Part shown: positions 42,525 through 55,834 of the stretch, piece by piece
Layout: each line of letters begins with the position of its first letter
Position numbering within the stretch: the first letter of the stretch is position 1
Assembly (NCBI GenBank): GCA_964016885.1
Contig: OZ024742.1
Location: 211,978,001 to 212,042,000 of the forward strand
Direction: 5' to 3'
DNA from: Eledone cirrhosa
Lineage: Eukaryota
DNA length: 64,000 nt
Made by a program: the position numbers and the translations under genes
Notes under the pieces: generated by a model
The model's input: the letters and a program-made list of their open reading frames with translations, nothing else
Told to the model about the DNA's origin: nothing
Database searches by the model: none

Positions 42525-45121
42525 TTTAATAATAATAATAATGAAATTATTGTGTAAAGTGCTCAGGTGCACTACAACTCGTCAATATAGTACATAGAAT
42601 AATACACAAATGCCAGGGAAGTACATGTGTGTATGTGTTAGCTGTAGTGTTGGCGGATCTCGGGAAGCATGGAGGCCTTAAAGGATGCAGTGTCTCGACA
42701 GCTAACAACTGATGCAGGTAGTTTGTTCCATGCTTCAGCAACTCTGAGCGTGAAAAAATGTTTCCGAAAGTCATGGGAACTGTGCTGTTTTCTTACTTTG
42801 TGGGCATGCCCACGTGTGTTAGACACATGGAAATCGAAAAGGTACTCAGGGTTGTTGTTGGCAACATGGTTAACAATTTTGTGGGAGTTTACCAAGTCTG
42901 TTGCCAGGCATCGGAGCTTCAATGAATCCATGCCCAGGGAAGCAAGGCGCTCAGAGTATGGTAGATGCCTGATGGAGGGTATTCGCTTGGTTGCACGTCT
43001 CTGAACAGTTTCCAGGCGGTCAATGTCCTGAGCAAGATAGGGGTTCCAGACTGGTGATGCAAATTCTAAGTGTGGTCGCACCATAGCTGTATACAGCCTT
43101 AAATAGATATCTGGAGAGCGGCTGACAAAGGTCTTGCTGAGTGATGCTAAGACACCCTCGACCCTCTTGACAATTTTAGAGACGTGCCTCGTCCAACGCA
43201 AATCGCTGCTGACCGTAATGCCCAGGTCACGTTCACAGGAAGACTTCTTGATATTAGTGCTGTGGAGGGAGTATGTGGACGCTGGGTTTTTACTCCCAAA
43301 ATGCATGGTGGTGCACTTGTCCACAGCTAGCTTGAGTTGCCAGTCTGAGATCCACTGTTGCATTGTGTCCAGGTCAGACTGCAAGCAAGATCTATAGTGT
43401 TCAGGATCTGTCCTTTTTATCTCAAGGTACAGTTTGATGTCGTCTGCGTACTTTAGTACTGTGGCATTCCTTAAGTTGGCATCTATGTCATTAATATATG
43501 CCACAAACAAAAGGGGGCCAAGAACAGATCCCTGTGGTACACCAGATGACATCTCATATGGTGAGGAATGCTGTCCCAGAACCGTGACTACCTCTCTTCG
43601 ACTGAGAATGAAGGACTTCAACCAGTTAAAAAGATCATCCTTCACACCCATTGCAGAGAGTTTTGCCATAAGCCTTTTGTGTGGCACAGAATTGAAGGCC
43701 TTCGCAAAGTCAAGGTAAACAACATCCACCCATGAGCCGCTATCAGTGATCCGGGTGATGTCCTCAAGAAACTCTATAAGTTGATCACAGCAGCGGGAGT
43801 TGGGGATAAATCCAAATTGCGAGGGCCGGATAAGACTGTGAGAGCTCCAGAAGTTCCAAAGTGTTTCTCTGACACAGGAGTCCATCAGTTTGGCGATGCA
43901 ACTAGTAAGACTGACTGGACAATAGTTCACAGGTGATGTGCGGTCACCCTTTTTGAACAGAGGAATGACACTGGCAGTTTTCCACTGTTCTGGAGTAGCA
44001 CTGTTGTTCAGACAGAATTGGAAGAAGCGTGATAACTGGTGTAGAAGGAAGTACCAACCACGTTTAAGAAGCAGGTACGTAACACCATCAAGACCAGGAG
44101 AGGCATGGTTGCGTTTATTTTTTAGGTGACGTCGCAGCATTGCAGGTGTAAATTCCATGGTTGTAATAGAGTCCGGTGTCATAGGTGGTGGAGATGGTAC
44201 ACTCTGGTCTTCAATAGTGAAAATGCCTGCATAGCATTCAGCAATGAGCTCTGCGTATTCCTTGGGGGTCGTCAGTAACCTGGCTTGTGTGGGGATTGTG
44301 AAGAGGACCAACTGGAGAGTGAGGCCTCTGCTTTGAGTGAACATACTTCCAGAACACCTTACTGTCAGGGTTGGTTGCTATGCGCTGCTCAAATTGAAGC
44401 ACTGCCTTTTTTTTTGTCACCTGTTTGAGGTGGTTGGACGATCTATTTCGCCTCTTCCTATTAATGTCTGATTTGTGAAGTTTGTACTCACGTTCAGCAT
44501 TGCGCCCTTCTTTTCTGGCAAGACGGACTGCTGCAGTATCCCAAATTGCGCTTTTAGGATGTTTTTTCCGCTTACGTGGCACCGATGCTGCACATGCTGT
44601 CCATATTGAGCTCAGGATGTTCTGGAGTACAGTGTTGACATCTCCAGAGTCGTAGAACTCAAGCCAGTTTGGCCGTTGCAACTCGGTGCAGTAACAGTTT
44701 CAGTCTGCTTTATTCCAGTCAAAGTGAGCAGTTTGGAGATGGTTGTGGTTCTTGTTACTGCCCATGAGGGATAGATTGACAATGATCATAGCATGATCAG
44801 AGTCACCTAAAGGTTCCTCAGCAGTAACACTAATGACCGTTTCAGGAGTAGTGGTGAAGAGTAGGTCCAAAGTGTTGTCACCTTTCGTTGGGGAGGTGAC
44901 CAAATGGGACCAACTCGAGTCCAGCACCAGCTCAAGGAAGTCATTTGCACTTGGCGGCCAACGAAAGGTCTCCCAGTCAATCTCAGGGTGATTGAAGTCA
45001 CCTGCAATGAAAACATAAGTGGCTGTCTTCCTGGCAGCAGCTCTGAGGATATCACAAAGTTGAGTGTCCTGATGGTAATTTGGGGGACGGTAAACGACTC
45101 CAAGTAGCAGTGTTGACATGG
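42525..45121 (-). mobile_element. CR1-clade LINE, 5'-truncated, frameshifted
   Basis: EN motifs GVVYRPP, AGDFN, LDL, SDH. RT motifs YLDFAKAFN, GVPQGSVLGPLLF, YADD, and C-terminal TRGH..K...RV..WN.LP. (ATT)n tail. Confidence 0.93.
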
Positions 45122-45270
45122 TCATACGTATATCGCAGAAAAAAACTTTCTGCTGTGATTGTCCCTCTACTTCCTAATTCTTCTCCCCCGTCCAAGAAAC
45201 TGGCTATCTTAACCACGAACTGGATTACAATGAGCAATTTTCTGCTTTCCTAACTATATATATATATATG

Positions 45271-45672
45271 CAATATTTTGAAAAGGTAACACACTAGAGA
45301 GAGGGATAGTGTGCCATCAATAAAACAGGGAAAACGACCAGTGTATGGAATCTATAACCTATGGAAGGCAGGGTAGACACACAATAATTAAAAATATAAA
45401 TTAAAATGTAAATACGCACCTCTATAACTATATAACACACGCGTATTTTAAATGGAATAGCCTATGGGTCATCAGTGCGTGCAAGACTATACATTCCAGA
45501 CAACGTGTTATATAGTTATAGAGGTGCGTATATACATTTTAATTTATATTTTTAATTATTGTGTGTCTACCCTGCCTTCCATAGGTTATAGATTCCATAC
45601 ACTGGTCGTTTTCCCTCTTTTATTGATGGCACACTATCCCTCTCTCTAGTGTGTTACCTTTTCAACATATTG
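45271..45672. repeat. Inverted repeat, 168-bp arms, 66-bp spacer (possible Penelope-like remnant)
   Basis: 45271-45438 vs 45505-45672 with about 3 mismatches. The spacer carries minus-strand CTGATGA and ACGCGT. Confidence 0.9.
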
Positions 45673-46248
45673 TATTTTAAAGAGCTCAGGATTCCTTTTC
45701 CTTTGAGCATATTACTTACAGGGAATAACAAGAGTCTATGGCTCCGTTAATTTATCGTGATATATGTATATATATATATAACCAACAGAGAAAAAGAAAA
45801 AAAAAATTGTCATTAATATATGGGACATCTCAATAAATAAGACCTTTGGAGACTTTGGCATAAGTTATATACATACACACATGCGTGCACACATACATAT
45901 GAAACAACTTGTGACATTTATATCTCACATAATCAATACACCCTGCAATTTTGATTTTTCAAAGATTGGCGGTATATACCATACTTAGAAATAGGTTTCA
46001 TTCAGGAAAGGCATCTTGCTGTAGAAAAACTGTCTCAAAAATGCCCCAACCAACCCATGCCTGTATGGAAAATCGAACATGATGATATATATAAATATAT
46101 AACAATTACATCATAAGAGATTCTTTTTGTTTTTTAAGAAAGCACAAAAACCTATGGAAGTGTATCAGTTTTCATGCATATTAGACAGAACTTTTCAGAA
46201 ATAAATGGAGAATGTAATAGTTGTATATAGATGATATATATATATATA

Positions 46249-48740
46249 TCATCATCATTTTACTTCCGATTTTAACTTGTCACGGTCCTTCGTCATCTCC
46301 TCCGTGAGCTCCAGCGATCTGAGGTCTGCTCTCACCACCTCCACCCATGTTTTTCGTGGTCTTCCTTGGCTGCGTCTTCCTTCTACTGGGATTTCTTGGC
46401 TCTTCTTTACCAAGCGGTCATCTTCCATGCGCATCACATGTCCATACCATCGCAGTCTTCTCTCCTACACACCACAACTTATCTCTCTTATACACAATTT
46501 ATCTCTCAACTCATCTATGCTTGGTCGTTCATGCACATTGACATTGCACAGCCAATGGAGCATGCATGCTTCATTTCTCTCCAGCCATCGCATATCCTCT
46601 GCAGTTGCTGCCCATGTCTCACTACCATGCACCATCGCGCACCTCACACAGGCATCATATAACCGTCCTTTTGTATGCAGGGAGAAACCCTTCTTTGTCA
46701 ACAGAGGAAGCAGCTCCTTAAACTTCTTCCAACCCGTCCATATTCTAGATACTATGGCCTCGGAACACCCCCTCCCTTGCTAATCTGATCACCTGGGTAC
46801 CGGAAGCTATCAACCACTTCTATAGAACCTACCTGCATTTCAGAAATGTGTATCACTGCGACTTCTACTGTCAAATTTCCTTGTACATCTACTGCATATG
46901 TAGTTTTCCCTACCTGTTAGTTTGCCTGCTATCCCAGTAGATTTCTTGTGTACATTTTATAGAATTTATGCCAGCTCTTTTTCTACATATCAAACATGGC
47001 CATTTCCCTGGTGGAATCAGAGTTGTGTCCTCTTTTCTACTTATCAACACTTTTGTCTTAGCTAGGTTCACTCTCAATCCTCTTGATTTCAACTGCTGTT
47101 TCAATAGCCAGAATTTATTCTCTAGCTCCTCTACTGATTCTGCTATAAGTATCAGCATAGAGAAGTTCCCATGGGCATCCATTCTTAAACTCCTGTTATG
47201 GCTTGGAGGACTATAACGAACAGGAGCGGGCTGAGGACCGAACCCTGATGTACACCTCCTTGTATCCGGAATTCCTCACTAAACTCCATTCCTACTCTCA
47301 CTTTACTAACAGCACCCTTGTACATAGCTTCACTGTCCTCACAAGCTACACCTAGTTTACTTAGGGACCACCAGATGACAGATCGGGGTACCCTATCAAA
47401 GGCCTTCTCTAGGTCAACAAAAGCTAAGTGTAGTGGCTTATTCTTCTCTAAGAACCTCTCTTGTAATTGTCTCACTAAGAGGGCATCTGTTGTACTTTAC
47501 CGAGGCACAAAATCAAACTGCATCTCATCTAGTTTAACCCTTTCTCTAATTAGTTGTGCTAATATTCTTGCTGCCACTTTCATAACCTGATCCATCAGTT
47601 TTATGCCCCTGTAATTGCTCCTCTCTAGAGCATCCCGTTTACCTTTGTAGCAATTTATGAGAATACCACTGCACCAGTCTTTGGGTATGACACCGCCATA
47701 TATAGCTTGATTGACGATGCGTGCAACCAGTTTAGTTCCTACTTCTCCTGATGCCTTCAGTATCTCAGCAACTATCCCCGAAGGTCCAGTGGCCCTACCA
47801 TTTTTCATTTCCTTAATTGCTTCTTAGACCCTATAGTCATCAATCTCAATAGCTGGTCCCTCTGTCGGGTCTACTGGGGATAGTTTCTCTCTCTCCTATT
47901 CGTTCTCCACATTCATCAGTCTCTCATAATGACATTTCCAGGCCTCCTTTTTTGATCATTCGTGACACTAAGTACACCAGCATCATTTCGGACACACTTA
48001 TCTCCAACAACATCCTGATTTACACTGACATACTGCCTTGCAATGCAGAACACTGCATGTCTCTGATCTTCCCGTTGCAGAACATTGGCAAACCTCATAC
48101 TCTCAGCCTCCCTGCGTGCTAAGTACACCTGACGTCTAGCTTCTCTTTTAGCGGCTGTGTATCAGTCTCTACTCCCACCCTTTCTCCAAGCGCTCCATGA
48201 TAGTCTTTTTTCTTTTAATGGCCCTATCTACCGTGCTGTTCCACCACCAGGTCACTCACTGTCTGGTTGAAGTTCTGCTCCAGCCACAAGTTTCTTCAGT
48301 AGCCTGCAGTAAGTTGTCACGTAAGAAATTCCAGTCATCATCTATGTCATATGATTCTAAATCGTCTTCTTTTTCGTCATACACATCTTGAAGGGCTTTC
48401 CTAAATTTATATTTTAGTGAAAGGTCTTTTAGCTTCCAGACCTTCCTTTATGTCTCATTTTGTCTCTTGCTTATTGAGATGTCACTAACGCCTAACCTAT
48501 GCTGCGGAGGGTACATTCTTCCCTGGGGTATGCCTTAGTATTTCACACCATCTGTCTTGTTGCCTAACTCGCAAGAAGTCAATCTGGCTTATGTGCTCGC
48601 CTGATTTGTAGGTTATTAGGTGGTTGGTAGGTTTCTTGAAGTTAGTGTTGCAAATGATTAGTGCACTTGCATCACAAAATTCAAGAAGCCTCACTCCTTC
48701 GTTTCTTGAGCCATAACCGTGACGATCATGCACCTGACCT
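46249..48740 (-). mobile_element. Decayed RTE-clade LINE
   Basis: TNFKKPTNHLITYKSG, CYKGKRDALERSNYRG, AFVDLEKAFDRV, HQGSVLSPLLF, HGSETWA; (ATG)n tail. Confidence 0.92.
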
Positions 48741-49040
48741 AACATTGCCCACAACAGAACAACTCGTATAACACACGGCAGCATGGAAAAATGGACGTAA
48801 AATGATGATGATTATATATACATATAAAATTAAATGTGATTATAGTGTAGTACTTCACTATTTTCTTTGGTAAGTTGAGAGAAGCTCTATGCACATTATA
48901 GTCCCTAATCAGGAGCTCAAAGTGGACAATTAAGTTATTGATGATGTTCTACAAATGAATGTGACATTATAACCATATTGAAACGTGTAGAAATGAAAGA
49001 ATATAATTTCATATACTTGATTTTTTTTCTAATATATATA

Positions 49041-49870
49041 TCATTATCCTCATCACTGTTTAACGATCATTTTCATGCTAGCATGGGTTAGAAAAGTTGC
49101 CAGGTTCAATGACAATATCTTGTTCATATACGACTGGTTTTGGCTTGGTTTTTTACAGCTGGATGTCCTTCCTAACACCAACCACATTTACAGCTACTAC
49201 TGGGTGGTTTTTGTCGTGACACCTACACGACCATCTTACAGTGTGGGCTGGGTGGTTTTTGTCGTGACACCTACACAAAACCACTGTACAGTATGGGCTG
49301 GGTGATTTTGTCGTGACACATACAGGACTACCTTACAGTGTGGGCTGGGTGCTTTTTGTTGTGACACCTACATGACTACTTTACGGTGTGGGCTGCGGAC
49401 TTGGGTGGGGGGATTGGGGAGGTAGATCTAGGGGCATGTGTGATGAGGCAGGGTGTTCAGGCATGGGTGGAGTGTTAGGTCATGGGAGGTACAAGAGGGG
49501 GGATGTGCAAGAGGAAGGGTTGTTAGGGCATGGAGGTGTATGGGAGGATGAAAGTAGCACATACAAGATATATATGCTTCAACCTGTGGACATGGGAAGG
49601 CGAGTCTTCTGTATTAATTTATAACGAGCACCCCACAGCTTAATGTGTCTCAGCAACAAGTGATGAAAATCATCACCACCACCACCATCATCACCGTTTA
49701 ACGTCCATTTTTCAATTCTGGCATGGGTTAGACAAGTTATCAGGTAGTTGCATTTTGCTGTGACACCTACACAACCACTTTACAGTGTGGACTGGGTACT
49801 TTTTGCCGTGACACCTACATGACCACTTTACAGTATGGGCCGGGCGCTTTTGTGCCGTGTTGCCATCACA
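49041..49870 (-). mobile_element. Two RTE 3' UTR/tail fragments with ~43-bp tandem subrepeats
   Basis: Repeated GTGACACCTACA.GACCA.TTTACAGTGTGGGCTGGGT; tails at ~49041 and ~49670. Confidence 0.75.
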
Positions 49871-49949
49871 AACACTCTGGATGATATTTTACTAATTAAG
49901 ACCAGTAAGACCATCATTCAACTTAGTACTCTATATTTTACCCATTATA

Positions 49950-50134
49950 AACAAGTCATATCCGGCCAGAATTTTCTCACCTCTTTCCGTTCAAACCAGC
50001 CATAACTGTCTGCTCTTACTGATGTTAAGATATTTTTCTCAAAATACATAACATCAAAATCTCATAGATTCGATATTATGCGAGATAATTCAAAAATACA
50101 ATAGTATATATAGAGTAATGCAAATGCTAAAGGG
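49950..50134. mobile_element. piggyBac-type MITE copy lacking left TIR
   Basis: Homologous to 26723-26930; ends AAATGCTAAAGGG|TTAA. Confidence 0.8.
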
Positions 50135-50337
50135 TTAAGGAAAGTAAAATGTAGATATTATTATAGGAAATCTTGGCTCAGTGGCTAAGCTTAAACCAAA
50201 ATTAAGCTATCAGAACGGTTTAAGATTAGCTGTTGAACAAATTATATATATATATATGTCTAACCCATGCTAGCATGGAAAATGGACGTTAAATGATGAT
50301 GATAATGATGATATCTGTATCATCCTCATCATCATTG

Positions 50338-50525
50338 GGGGATTGGCAGTATCGGTAGAGGGTCGGACGTTATGCTTTGCAGCATAGAGTTACGGCCCTT
50401 TATGGTCTGAGTTCAAATCCCGCCGAGGTTAACTTTGCCTTTCATCCTTACGGGGTCGATAAAATAAAGTACCAGTAATGTACTGGGTAATTGCTGGCCT
50501 TGTGCCAAAAAGTAGAAACAATTAT
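50338..50525 (+). mobile_element. tRNA-derived SINE with Deu/Nin-like central domain
   Basis: A-box-like TGGCAGTATCGG, B box GAGTTCAAATCC, CCTTTCATCCTTACGGGGTCGATAAAAT; second copy at 30009-30193. Confidence 0.8.
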
Positions 50526-51166
50526 TTAATGCCTGTTTTCCTTGCTAGCGATACACACACACACGCACACACACACAGACATACAAGTATGTATATATTT
50601 GATCATGAAAGATTCAATGTGGATTCAATGTGTTGTAAAAGTGGTCATGAATGATTTCTTTTTTGGGGGGGGAGGGGGGGGCATGGGGAGGAAATTGAGT
50701 GACAATATTTCTCAGTTCTGGATATTACCTATAGCTGGTGGCATATTGGAAAGTGTAGTTAAACTATAAATTAACAGATTGATCAACATAAATGTTGGAA
50801 TAACAATCAAAGCCTGAAGATTTGATAGGTTTGAAAGACTAGATGATACATAAAACTTAACAGGCAGAACAAAAGTGATAGATGTATAAAGAGGGAAAAA
50901 TCGTTTAATTGAGAATAGACTGAAATGTTAAACAGATTAAGGTTATTAGTTTTGGACCAAAGATTCTACATTTACAGAGTAGTTTAGGTTGAGTAGAAAG
51001 AGAAGAAAGACTGTCTAATGTTGACTGAGGTTAGGAGATACTTCTGATAATCAAAGCTTAAATGTTAACAACCGGTATTTTCCAGTCTTTTGAAAGCCTG
51101 CTTTTGCATTTCTTTGTAAACTTTATTACTTTATTATGACAGTACTTTGATCAAAATGTGACGTTT

Positions 51167-53942
51167 CATCATCATCATCATCATCACCGTTTTACGTCCG
51201 TTCTTCCACGCTAGCATGGGTTAGACGGGTTGTCCTGTTGTGGGCAGTGTCTGGTCGGCTGACCATGCCTTGCTCATACAGGAACTGATCTGGCTTGATT
51301 TCTACAGCTGGATGCCCTTCCTAACACCAACCTCATTTACAGTGAGTGCTGGGTGCTTTTTCGTGGCGCCTACACGTCCACTTTACAGTGTGGGCTGGGT
51401 GCTTTTTTGCCGTGGCACCTCCACGACCACCTTGCGGTGGGGGGGGGGGGGGCATATTGTTTATATGCTTCAGCATGTACCCATGGGAGGTCGGGTACCC
51501 TGTATTACTGCGTGACGCCAGAAGTCACGGTCGTGTGTCATTGACTTTGAGAGGTGTAGTTGGGTAAGGTCGGCTTTTATCACCTCATCCCAAGTCATCT
51601 TGGGTCTCCCCACTCCACGGTTTCCATCAACTTCTAGTGCTCTGCACCTTTTTATGCAGCTGTCATCCTTCATACGCATCACATGTCCATACCAGCGTAA
51701 CCGCCTCTCCTGCACGCAGCATTTGATTCCTCTTATGCTCAGTCTCTCTCTCAATTCATTTATGCTTTGTCGTTCACGTATATTACTGTTACACATCCAT
51801 CGGAGCATGCAGGCTTCGTTTCTCTCTAATCTACGTAAGTCTTCCACCTTCAGCGCCCAGGTCTCACTACCATGCAACATCGCTGTTCGGATACACGCAT
51901 CATACAGTCTGCCTTTCATTCTGAGGGAGAAGCCTTTTGCAGCTAGCAGTGGTAGTAGTTCCCTAAACTTCTTCCATCCCGTTCTTACCCTAGTTATTGT
52001 ACTTTCTGAGCACCCACCTCCGTTGCTAATTCGGTCACCTAGGTAGCAGAAGCTGTCTACTGTTTCTACAGGGCCCTCCCAGAGATTGGTGGTACTTGTT
52101 TCCTGTGGCTGTTTGCTTGCTGTTTCAGCACAGCTGCTGCATGTGAATCCTACATTCTTAATTAAGCTTCCTGAGATCCCGCTACATCTCTTGTGTACCC
52201 ATTGTTTGCATTTGGGGCAAAGAATGGAGTTCCTACCTACACCTTTCCTACATACTGAGCAAGGCCATTTCCCTGAGGGGATCTGGGTTCTGTTTTCTCG
52301 TCTACTTATAAGGACCTTAGTCTTTGTCATGTTGACTTTGAGGCCCTTTCTCTCTAGTCCCTGCTTCCAGGTTTGGAATTTATTCTCTAGTTCTACCATA
52401 GATTCAGCTATGAGTGCGAGGTCATCAGCATACAGGAGTTCCCATGGGCATCCGGTCTTAAACTCCTCCGTTATTGCCTGCAGGACTATGATGAACAGGA
52501 GAGGGCTAAGAACAGAGCCCTGGTGGACCCCAACCTGTACGCTAAATTCCTCGCTATACTCATTGCCAATCCTAACTTTGCTGACTGCTCCCCTATACAT
52601 GGCTTGTACCGCTTTCACAAGCCATTCATCTACTCCTAGTTTTCTAAGAGCCCACCAGATTACTGCACGTGGAACTCTGTCAAAGGCTTTCTCAAGGTCG
52701 ACAAATGCCAGGTAGAGTGGCTTACTTTTAGCTAGGTACTTTACCTGTAATTGCCTCACAAGGAAGAGCGCATCAGTGGTGCCTTTCCCTGGAACAAACC
52801 CAAATTGCATCTCGTCTATATTCACCCGGTCCCTAATCAGCTGTGCTATAACTCTTTCTGTTACTTTCATGACCTGGTCCATCAACTTTATACCTCTATA
52901 GTTTCCTCTATCTAGTGCATCGCCTTTACCTTTGTAGCAGTTGACAATGATGCTACTGCACCAATCTTTTGGTATGGCCCCCTCTAGTATTACCTGGTTA
53001 ACGATACGTGTGGTTATAGTGTGACCTACAGACCCAGATGCCTTCAGCATCTCGGCAGCTATACCCGATGGACCGGTTGCCTTCCCTATCTTCATATCTC
53101 TGATTGCCTTACTTACTACGCTGCCGCTGACTTGTACTGCTGGTCCCTCTATAGGGTCTACGTGGGGTAGGGTCTCTTCTTCCCATGCATTCTCCTCATT
53201 TAGTAATCTATCATAATGACTCTTCCATGCATCTTTCTTCTCAGCACTTGTGAGGGCAAGCTCACCTTTATCATTCCGGATACACTTCTCTCCAATGACA
53301 TCACAACTATCTCTGACACACTGCCTCGCAATCTTGAATACCTCCTGTTTCTGGTCCTCACGTTGTAAAACATGCTTGAATTTTCTATCCTCTGCTTCCC
53401 TCCTAGCTAAGTATACTTGTCGCCTAGCTTCCCTCTTGGTCTCTATGTAATGTACCCTGCTCCCCCCGTTCTTCCATTCTTTCCATGCCTGTCTCTTGGC
53501 CTTGACTGCTTCATCTACCTTATTGTTCCACCACCAAGTCACTCTCCTCCTGCTTGAGGTCTTACTCCAGCCACAAACCTCATCCGTCGCCTCTAGTAAG
53601 TTATTTTTTAGGAACTCCCAGTTCTCTTCTACGTTAAATGTCTCTATCTGTTCTTCTTTACTGTCGTAGGCGTTGAGTAAAATATCTTTAAATCTGTTAC
53701 TGGTTGAGGGGACTTTCAGCTTCCAGATCTTTCTTCTCCAGGTTGGCCTCTGTTTCAGGGCTCGTCTAGTTCTGACCGTGAGGTCGCTGACAACTAAGCT
53801 ATGTTGGGATGTACATTCCTCACTAGGGAAGGCTTTTGTGTTTACGACCGTCCATCTGTCACGTCCTCTGATGAGAATAAAATCTAACTGACTAGAGTGC
53901 TCCCCTGATCTATAGGTGATCAGGTGGTTGTCGGGTTTTTTA
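51167..53942 (-). mobile_element. Young 5'-truncated RTE-clade LINE with probable TSD
   Basis: ACGTTT on both flanks (51161-66, 53943-48), (ATG)n tail, no stops or frameshifts in the ORF. Confidence 0.95.
51470..53941 (-). CDS. RTE ORF remnant: EN C-terminus, RT, PHD-type finger (823 aa, 5' truncated, no native start)
   Basis: The 690-aa track ORF extends 133 codons upstream without a stop (KKPDNHLITYRSG..QLDFIL..SQHSLV). Motifs AFVDLEKAFDRV, GVHQGSVLSP, LLYADD. Confidence 0.9.
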   Translation of the reverse strand, partial: KKPDNHLITYRSGEHSSQLDFILIRGRDRWTVVNTKAFPSEECTSQHSLVVSDLTVRTRRALKQRPTWRRKIWKLKVPSTSNRFKDILLNAYDSKEEQIETFNVEENWEFLKNNLLEATDEVCGWSKTSSRRRVTWWWNNKVDEAVKAKRQAWKEWKNGGSRVHYIETKREARRQVYLARREAEDRKFKHVLQREDQKQEVFKIARQCVRDSCDVIGEKCIRNDKGELALTSAEKKDAWKSHYDRLLNEENAWEEETLPHVDPIEGPAVQVSGSVVSKAIRDMKIGKATGPSGIAAEMLKASGSVGHTITTRIVNQVILEGAIPKDWCSSIIVNCYKGKGDALDRGNYRGIKLMDQVMKVTERVIAQLIRDRVNIDEMQFGFVPGKGTTDALFLVRQLQVKYLAKSKPLYLAFVDLEKAFDRVPRAVIWWALRKLGVDEWLVKAVQAMYRGAVSKVRIGNEYSEEFSVQVGVHQGSVLSPLLFIIVLQAITEEFKTGCPWELLYADDLALIAESMVELENKFQTWKQGLERKGLKVNMTKTKVLISRRENRTQIPSGKWPCSVCRKGVGRNSILCPKCKQWVHKRCSGISGSLIKNVGFTCSSCAETASKQPQETSTTNLWEGPVETVDSFCYLGDRISNGGGCSESTITRVRTGWKKFRELLPLLAAKGFSLRMKGRLYDACIRTAMLHGSETWALKVEDLRRLERNEACMLRWMCNSNIRERQSINELRERLSIRGIKCCVQERRLRWYGHVMRMKDDSCIKRCRALEVDGNRGVGRPKMTWDEVIKADLTQLHLSKSMTHDRDFWRHAVIQGTRPPMGTC

Positions 53943-55834
53943 ACGTTTGTTATTGTTAATTAGCTCCTGTTATAATTGAGCTGATCTATGACCAAAGGTA
54001 TTCTAACTGTAACCGTCCCGCCTTTTTGCTTTTTATATCTAACATTATATTATGCAATGTGTCCTTTCTTGTTTCAGATAGTAGGGTGTGACTTGAGGGA
54101 GATTGGGTTGCTATTTGGAGCATGTCAAGTGGCCATGTATGAACTACATCGTTGCAGTTTGCAGTTGTGATGATGATGATAGTGTCTATAGCATCAATGA
54201 TATTTTCTAAAATGGTGGTAGTGGTGGTGTATTTGCTATGTCAGTGAAGTTTTCAATGATGGTAGTTGACAGTTTCTTGTTGATGACTACTACTTCCTTT
54301 TATTCATATTAATATGCTTAGATTAGTGTTTCTTCTGTTGTAGTCATGAGAGGGCAATTAAGATTTACTAAGATGTCATTTCCTTTTTGCACAAAGGAAT
54401 TAAAGGTCAAGAGAAAAAACTTATTTAACTAGCATACATAGATGACAGAATTTTGTTCAGTTGTACATATTTAACTAAGAAAGTTACCAGTCTTAGCTCA
54501 TATAATGTACTAACAATGTACTGTTTACACTATCTGTACTATATACTGCCATTTGAAATAGGATCCATTCTTCTCAATTGAGAAAATAGTCAGCTGACTA
54601 ATATTTCATAGCCCAACAATCTCAAGCGTTAGATCTCATTCTCTGGCTTCATTTATATTATTTCATGCTTGCCTGAGTTTCATTCACACAACTATACTGA
54701 CATTGCTTTTAGAAAAGAGCAGATGTTCTGCTAAATTACCATCTCTGGTAATTCCCATTTCTCATGAATTGAAATCATTTGTGTTTGTTGTGGAAATGAA
54801 GTAGGTGCATGACAACTAAGAAACTAATCGATACACTATTAGGTACATATACCATAGAGACTCATTTAAAAGTGTATTTCATATAAAACTTGACTCCTAA
54901 TTTTTTCAAAATACATTTGGATTTTCCCATGTAAAAATTGACTTGTTCTTCATGGACAACAGATCAATGTTTATGAATCAAGGTATTATTCTAAACATAA
55001 ATGTTACAATGAGGAAATGTTTTTTGCTATTATGCTCTGATGTATACATCAAAACACAAGTCCTATTAAATACTCCGCTGAGAAATCATAAATAGGATCA
55101 CATCACTATCATAAATACTGCTAGTTACACTTAGTATTGACTTGCACTATCTAGATAAACCGTTGCTTCTGAGACCAATGGTGATATGTATTCCATTGGA
55201 AACACCTACACTTAGATTCAGTTTTCAGGATGTACAGAGTCTATTATGATGCTTTTTTTCTTCTAATTTCTAGTGTACTCTTGATAAGATATATCTATGA
55301 TCATCTGTCTGTTAATAGAGCTTACACCTCAATTTCTTCTACAACTAAAGTGACCCTTTCAATTTATAAAATGAATCTAAACACACTGCACCATTAAATT
55401 CTTTCCTCTCCCAGGTATCACTTGAATTATGCTGACAACTTTTAAAATTCTACATATCAAATCCCTACTTTTCATCAACAGCACACAACTGAACACATCC
55501 TATTTCCTTCATACACTAGACTTTACTATTTCAGTTGTCTTCATATTGCACTACAAAGACTGTTTCTTTTCTTTAGTTTTGTACAACTACTAACCTTTTT
55601 GAGTTTTGTTTTACTTTGCAGTGAAGATTGCACATTATGTACATCCTCTAAATGTTGCATAAAAATATAGCCATCTATACTTAATAATCCTCACTAACAA
55701 ACATTCTCTCAATGTTTCTTCTACCACTACTACAATAGTCAGTCACAGTTCCTCTGAATCCCTCTACTCTTAACCCACTCATTTCATTCAAACCTCTTCA
55801 TCAGCTTTTATATATATATATACATATTAGTCAT

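Noticed and set aside
49190-49400. Regular ~43-bp repeats resembling an array
   Set aside because: Contiguous subrepeats of the RTE 3' UTR.
51600-53450. Plus-strand ORFs antisense to RTE (and to CR1 at 42669-44129)
   Set aside because: Shadow frames of the LINE ORFs with no recognisable motifs.
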